A stretch of DNA of 64,000 nucleotides from Zygnema circumcarinatum SAG 698-1b (taxonomy: Eukaryota > Plantae > Zygnematophyceae). Location: positions 1 to 64,000 of the forward strand of contig CM074816.1 of NCBI GenBank assembly GCA_037447605.1, in the 5' to 3' direction. Shown here one piece after another: positions 61,012-64,000 of this stretch (positions within the stretch are counted from its first letter, which is position 1; the number at the start of each line of letters is the position of its first letter). A program made the position numbers and the translations under genes. A model generated the notes under the pieces. That model was not told where the DNA came from. It saw nothing but the letters and a program-made list of their open reading frames with translations, and ran no database searches.

Positions 61012-64000
61012 ATGGCCAAGCAGGAGCGGGTAGTTAACACTGGCGCTGCGCTGCTGTTGATGATGCAAATCATGATAAACCACGGATTCCAAATCTCAGC
61101 AGCTGTCGGAATGGAGGTAACTGAGCATTCAGAGTCGCTTTTCTGGTGGTTTGACGTATTTTTTGTTTCTTAGAAACCGGGTGATAGCTTGAATTCATTT
61201 TGACATTCCTTCAGAGAAGTGTTTCACCTTTGAATGGCTGTGTATGAAAGTAGTTAAGCGATTTTTACATTGCTGTTTTTTGGACGGGGCTACAGGCGGA
61301 TCGTCACCCTCTGCCAGATGTGGTTCCTCATTGGGCAGTGCAAGAGTCCTTCGTTGGACAAGCGCCGCCTTCTCACCCTGTTCATATTGGAGTGTATCTT
61401 TCATGGCGGAACCAGACAGGGCTAGAGGAGTTTGCTCAGGCAGTTTCCAGTCCTGGGCATTCGCTCTTCGGAAAATATCTCACGCCAGAAGCGTTCCATG
61501 CTCAGTACTCTCCAATCATTCAAAGCGTCAATGGTGTTTCAGAATGGTTGCAACAGAATGGTTTCCGTGTGGTAATTGTAGCAGCGAGCCGCAAACAGAT
61601 CATAGCAGAAGGAACTGTTGAACAGGCCGAGGCTGCGTTCGGAGCTAAGCTCGGAATGTATGCGGTAAGTTTACACAAATGAGGAAATCCTGGCAACCAG
61701 GCTTGCTCATCCTTCAATTCATTTGCTGCAAGTGCTAGGAGTGACTCTTAGTACTTTCTCCGATGCTAACCTGTGCCATCAACGGCTTGTCTGAAGCATT
61801 TCAGGCACGTTAAGAGTGGCATAGTTTTCAGACTTTGTAATTAAAAAATCTTTCACGCGCATGCGTCGATCCTCTTGGGATAAACTGACGAAGTCCTGCA
61901 TAGCTATTTGCCTCAAAACAAGGTTAAGCTGCTTCCACAGGTACGGGGCCATACTCTGCGGGCGCCCTCAAGTGTTCCCTCGCTTCCTCTCTCATTGGTT
62001 GGTTTGGGCGTCGCTACGGTGACTGGATTGGATCAAGGGTCATATTTAAGAAAGCCATACATTACCAAGCGTTCTGGTTTTTCTGTCGAGGAAAAGGCTT
62101 TGGAAACACAACCGGACGCAACTGATACTCTTTGCTACTTTACTCTTGTTCCCGATGGTAATTCGACGGCTCCGAACTGTGGATACAGGGCAAGTCAGGT
62201 AATATCACCTTCGTCTACATAACCATTCTGATGCCTGGAGAGGTGAAATAAAAATCTCGGTCACGGAGGTAAGCATTGCTCGCCAATCGTCCTGGCTGCT
62301 ATGTGTGCACAACTGCATTGGAACACTCTGATGCCTTGTAAGAAGGCTTTGCGTCCTCCTGACACCCTAACCATTTGAAGACTTCATGAAACTCTGTAGC
62401 TCACACCACAAAGACGCTCCTTGGAAGTCAGATAACCCTGTTTGTTTGCAAATATTTATTCTCTATTTCCCTCCTTATAGCGTAACGAGCACGTCCTGCA
62501 TCGTTCAGCTGACCATGAAAGGCTCCTGATACAGTCTAGATGATGATCATCTAGAATGCTCAATAAACTGATTTACCGTCCTTATGGACCTTGATGGCTC
62601 TTCTTTGTTTTGCAATTGTCAAAGTCACAACTTAGCACAGAGCTTGTTATCGTATGATTCATCGTTTTCATAGGGGCGAGCTGCTTGATAAGCTTTGCAG
62701 GATAAAGCGATCATCGCGCTGCCACTTTATGTTTTGGCTGGAATAAAAAGGTGGTGTTATGCTCCTTTTTGCTGCTTGCAGATCCGCACAGCCTACGGAG
62801 TTCCATCATGGGCTCAAGGAGAGGGACAATCTGTTGCAATCATTGCTGGTTATGCCTCTCCATTTATACAAAATGATCTCAATACGTGGGCTCGCCAAAT
62901 AGGAGAAAACTCCACACAAATCACGAGCTTGTTTCCAGATTACACATACACCTATGAAGAAGCTCTTTTCAACCCAGCACCAGGGTACAACCCGGGTTGG
63001 CAAACTGAGGAGAACCTTGACATAGAGGTAAACAACCTACGCATGATGACTTCCTCCCTTTTGAGGCCTTATCTTTTTCTTTTCTCGAATTGATAAGTAA
63101 CTTCAGGTGAATGGATGAAGCGGTCCCATTTCCTTCAAACGAAAATTTTCGTTATGATGACAGACTGTCCATGGAATAGCTCCCAAGGCATCCATCTTCT
63201 ATATCGGTGCTGCAAGTACGGCCGATTCAGATCTCATTGCCGCCCTTGCTGCTGTTCTTGACTTCGGCCTTGCGACAATCGTAACGAACTCCTACGGGAG
63301 CCCTCTTCCTCCACCTGCTTTACAGGATCCAGCAACTACGATTCGCCAAAACCAGGTACCGGTTTGGCTATTATAAATCTTGCAAATATTCAAGGCAAGC
63401 AATGTTTAGGGACCTCGAGCAGCAGAGAATTGGCCCATGAAAATCGCAGGACATTGTATACAAAAAGGACTTCTCTATTCAGTGAAAACGTTCTTGAGAA
63501 TGTGCTTCATGGAACTCCTGCTTCCTCATTGAGAGAATAAATTCCCATTCATGACAACCACTAATTCGACTTAAGAGTTGAGTTGAGAAGTGATCTTTGC
63601 AACAGGTCTCCTTTCGCACCCAATTCCTTAAAGTTGCAAAACCTTGAAAACTCACTCGCTTTCATGTTGCAGCCATGGACAGATATCCTTATTCAAGCAG
63701 CTGCACAAGGTGTGGGTGTTTACTTTGCTTCTGGTGATTCTGGAGATGATTCCCCGATTTATGGCTATCTAGGATACCATGCGACGGATTACCCTGCCTC
63801 AGATCCATGGGCCATTGCTGTCGGAGGGACTTCGCTGGGAATTTCGGAGGATGGCGGAAGGGAATTTGAGGTGTACTGGGGCAGCCTCAGCCGTAATGCA
63901 ACTTCCCAGACATTTCTAGGTGGCGGTGGAGGTGGAATTTCTGTTTATGGAGTCCCATTTTACCAGGAGGGAAGCAGTGCTGTGACAACATTTCTTGATG
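61012..64000 (+). CDS. S53 sedolisin/kumamolisin-family serine-carboxyl protease, 3' end outside window
   Basis: Exons 61012-61116 (signal-like), 61296-61664 (pro-kumamolisin domain: GKYLTPEAFHAQYSP..VSEWLQQNGF), 61941-62198, 62782-63027 (EENLDIE: catalytic Glu/Asp), ~63164-63354 (VHGIAPKA..NSYG), ~63672-end (AAAQGVGVYFASGDSG, YPASDPWAIAVGGTSL, GGGGG). Confidence 0.88.

Noticed and set aside
1-64000. rRNA, tRNA, CRISPR arrays or prokaryotic operons
   Set aside because: None recognised. The sequence is eukaryotic with spliceosomal introns, and the repeats lack repeat-spacer architecture.

Overview
Eukaryotic, intron-containing plant-lineage genomic scaffold with 10-N gaps, CT/GA microsatellites and TTTAGGG-like repeats. 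The gene content suggests a streptophyte alga or early land plant (inference). All exon models were built by hand from GT-AG sites and frame continuity. From left to right: (1) LTR-retrotransposon remnants (0.1-0.7 kb). (2) Three intronless, unrecognised proteins that share short motifs and all end in an EAR repression motif (LDL[ED]L[KR]L-stop), flanking a head-to-head pair of group-3 LEA genes with a G-box/ABRE-rich bidirectional promoter (3-19 kb). (3) An approx. 17 kb inverted duplication (20.5-37.7 kb) whose arms each carry a short and a long (extensin-rod) secreted Cys-domain gene. A MULE derivative sits in the left arm, and mS41/IGR and L7Ae-family genes lie in the spacer. (4) An Ole e 1-like + root-cap-domain secreted protein. 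(5) A UGT80-like sterol glucosyltransferase. (6) The most striking item: a 14-exon gene in which an AMT1-type ammonium transporter runs in frame, within one exon, into a clade-D-like PP2C phosphatase (approx. 939 aa), a candidate ammonium transceptor. (7) The 5' part of a bacterial-like S53 sedolisin protease.
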